A DNA stretch of 64,000 nt, taken from positions 171,987 through 235,986 of the forward strand of contig NIVC01001798.1 in NCBI GenBank assembly GCA_002269645.1. The letters are read 5' to 3'. The notes below the pieces were generated by a model that was not told the DNA's origin, did no database searches, and saw nothing but the letters and a program-made list of their open reading frames with translations. The position numbers and the translations under genes are program-made. Positions 63,680-64,000 of the stretch are shown here, piece after piece (the stretch's first letter is position 1; each line of letters begins with the position of its first letter). This stretch comes from Macrostomum lignano (Eukaryota).

Positions 63680-64000
63680 TTTGATGGAATTTTCCATTTC
63701 TCTTGGTTTTGGTCAGTGAATTTTCCATTCTCTTAGCTTTGGGTCAGTGAATTTTTTCCAATTCTCTGGCGTTTTGAGGTCAGTGGAATTTTCAATTCTT
63801 GGTTAAGGTCAGTGGAAATTTCCAAATTCTCTGGTTTTTGTTTGGTCAGTGGAATTTTCCATTTCTCTGTTTGAGGTCAGTGGAATTTTCCAATTCTCTG
63901 GGTTTTAAGGTCAGTGGAATTTTCCAATTCTCTGGTTTTAAGGTCAGTGGAATTTTCAATTCTCTGGTTTTGAGGTAGTGGAATTTTCCAATTCTCTGGG
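63680..64000. repeat. ~33-bp repeat (GGTCAGTGGAATTTTCCAATTCTCTGGTTTTRA), truncated by the window end
   Basis: Direct reading. Confidence 0.9.

Noticed and set aside
63224-63728. Minus-strand ORFs 63224-63580 and 63453-63728 as a gene
   Set aside because: The clear splice signals around this block (CGCAG| at 63257 and |GTGAGT at 63661) are on the plus strand; these ORFs are likely antisense shadows of GC-rich coding DNA.

Overview
Eukaryotic (metazoan) genomic DNA: GT-AG spliced genes with CpG-rich exons, and introns that each carry a different tandem repeat. The style suggests a free-living flatworm such as Macrostomum, but this is inference only. Gene models built by hand with phase-consistent splice sites: the 3' part of an unidentified single-pass membrane protein gene (+), EFR3 (12 coding exons, ~909 aa, +), intronless LENG1 (+), a signal-peptide-less 5'-nucleotidase-family metallophosphoesterase (6 exons, ~656 aa, +), a secreted QPD-type C-type lectin (3 exons, ~222 aa, -) and an NRBP/Madm pseudokinase (+) that runs off the window and has several apparent indels. 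Mobile elements: an apparently intact 4.6-kb Mutator-like transposon (TIRs, perfect 8-bp TSD, spliced PHD + FLYWCH-like + MULE transposase), a 5'-truncated RTE-type LINE, a tRNA-derived SINE, a hAT-like MITE (all three with TSDs) and a ~1-kb foldback element. The most intriguing observations are (i) the PHD-bearing transposase, (ii) sharply bounded, almost CpG-free and TpA-rich blocks suggesting targeted hypermutation, (iii) intron-private minisatellites that copy or mimic splice sites, and (iv) five identical 273-bp units embedded in a GATA microsatellite. Most long ORFs in the supplied track are repeat artefacts. No CRISPR array, rRNA or true tRNA gene was found. All family assignments are from recognition of motifs; no database searches were run.
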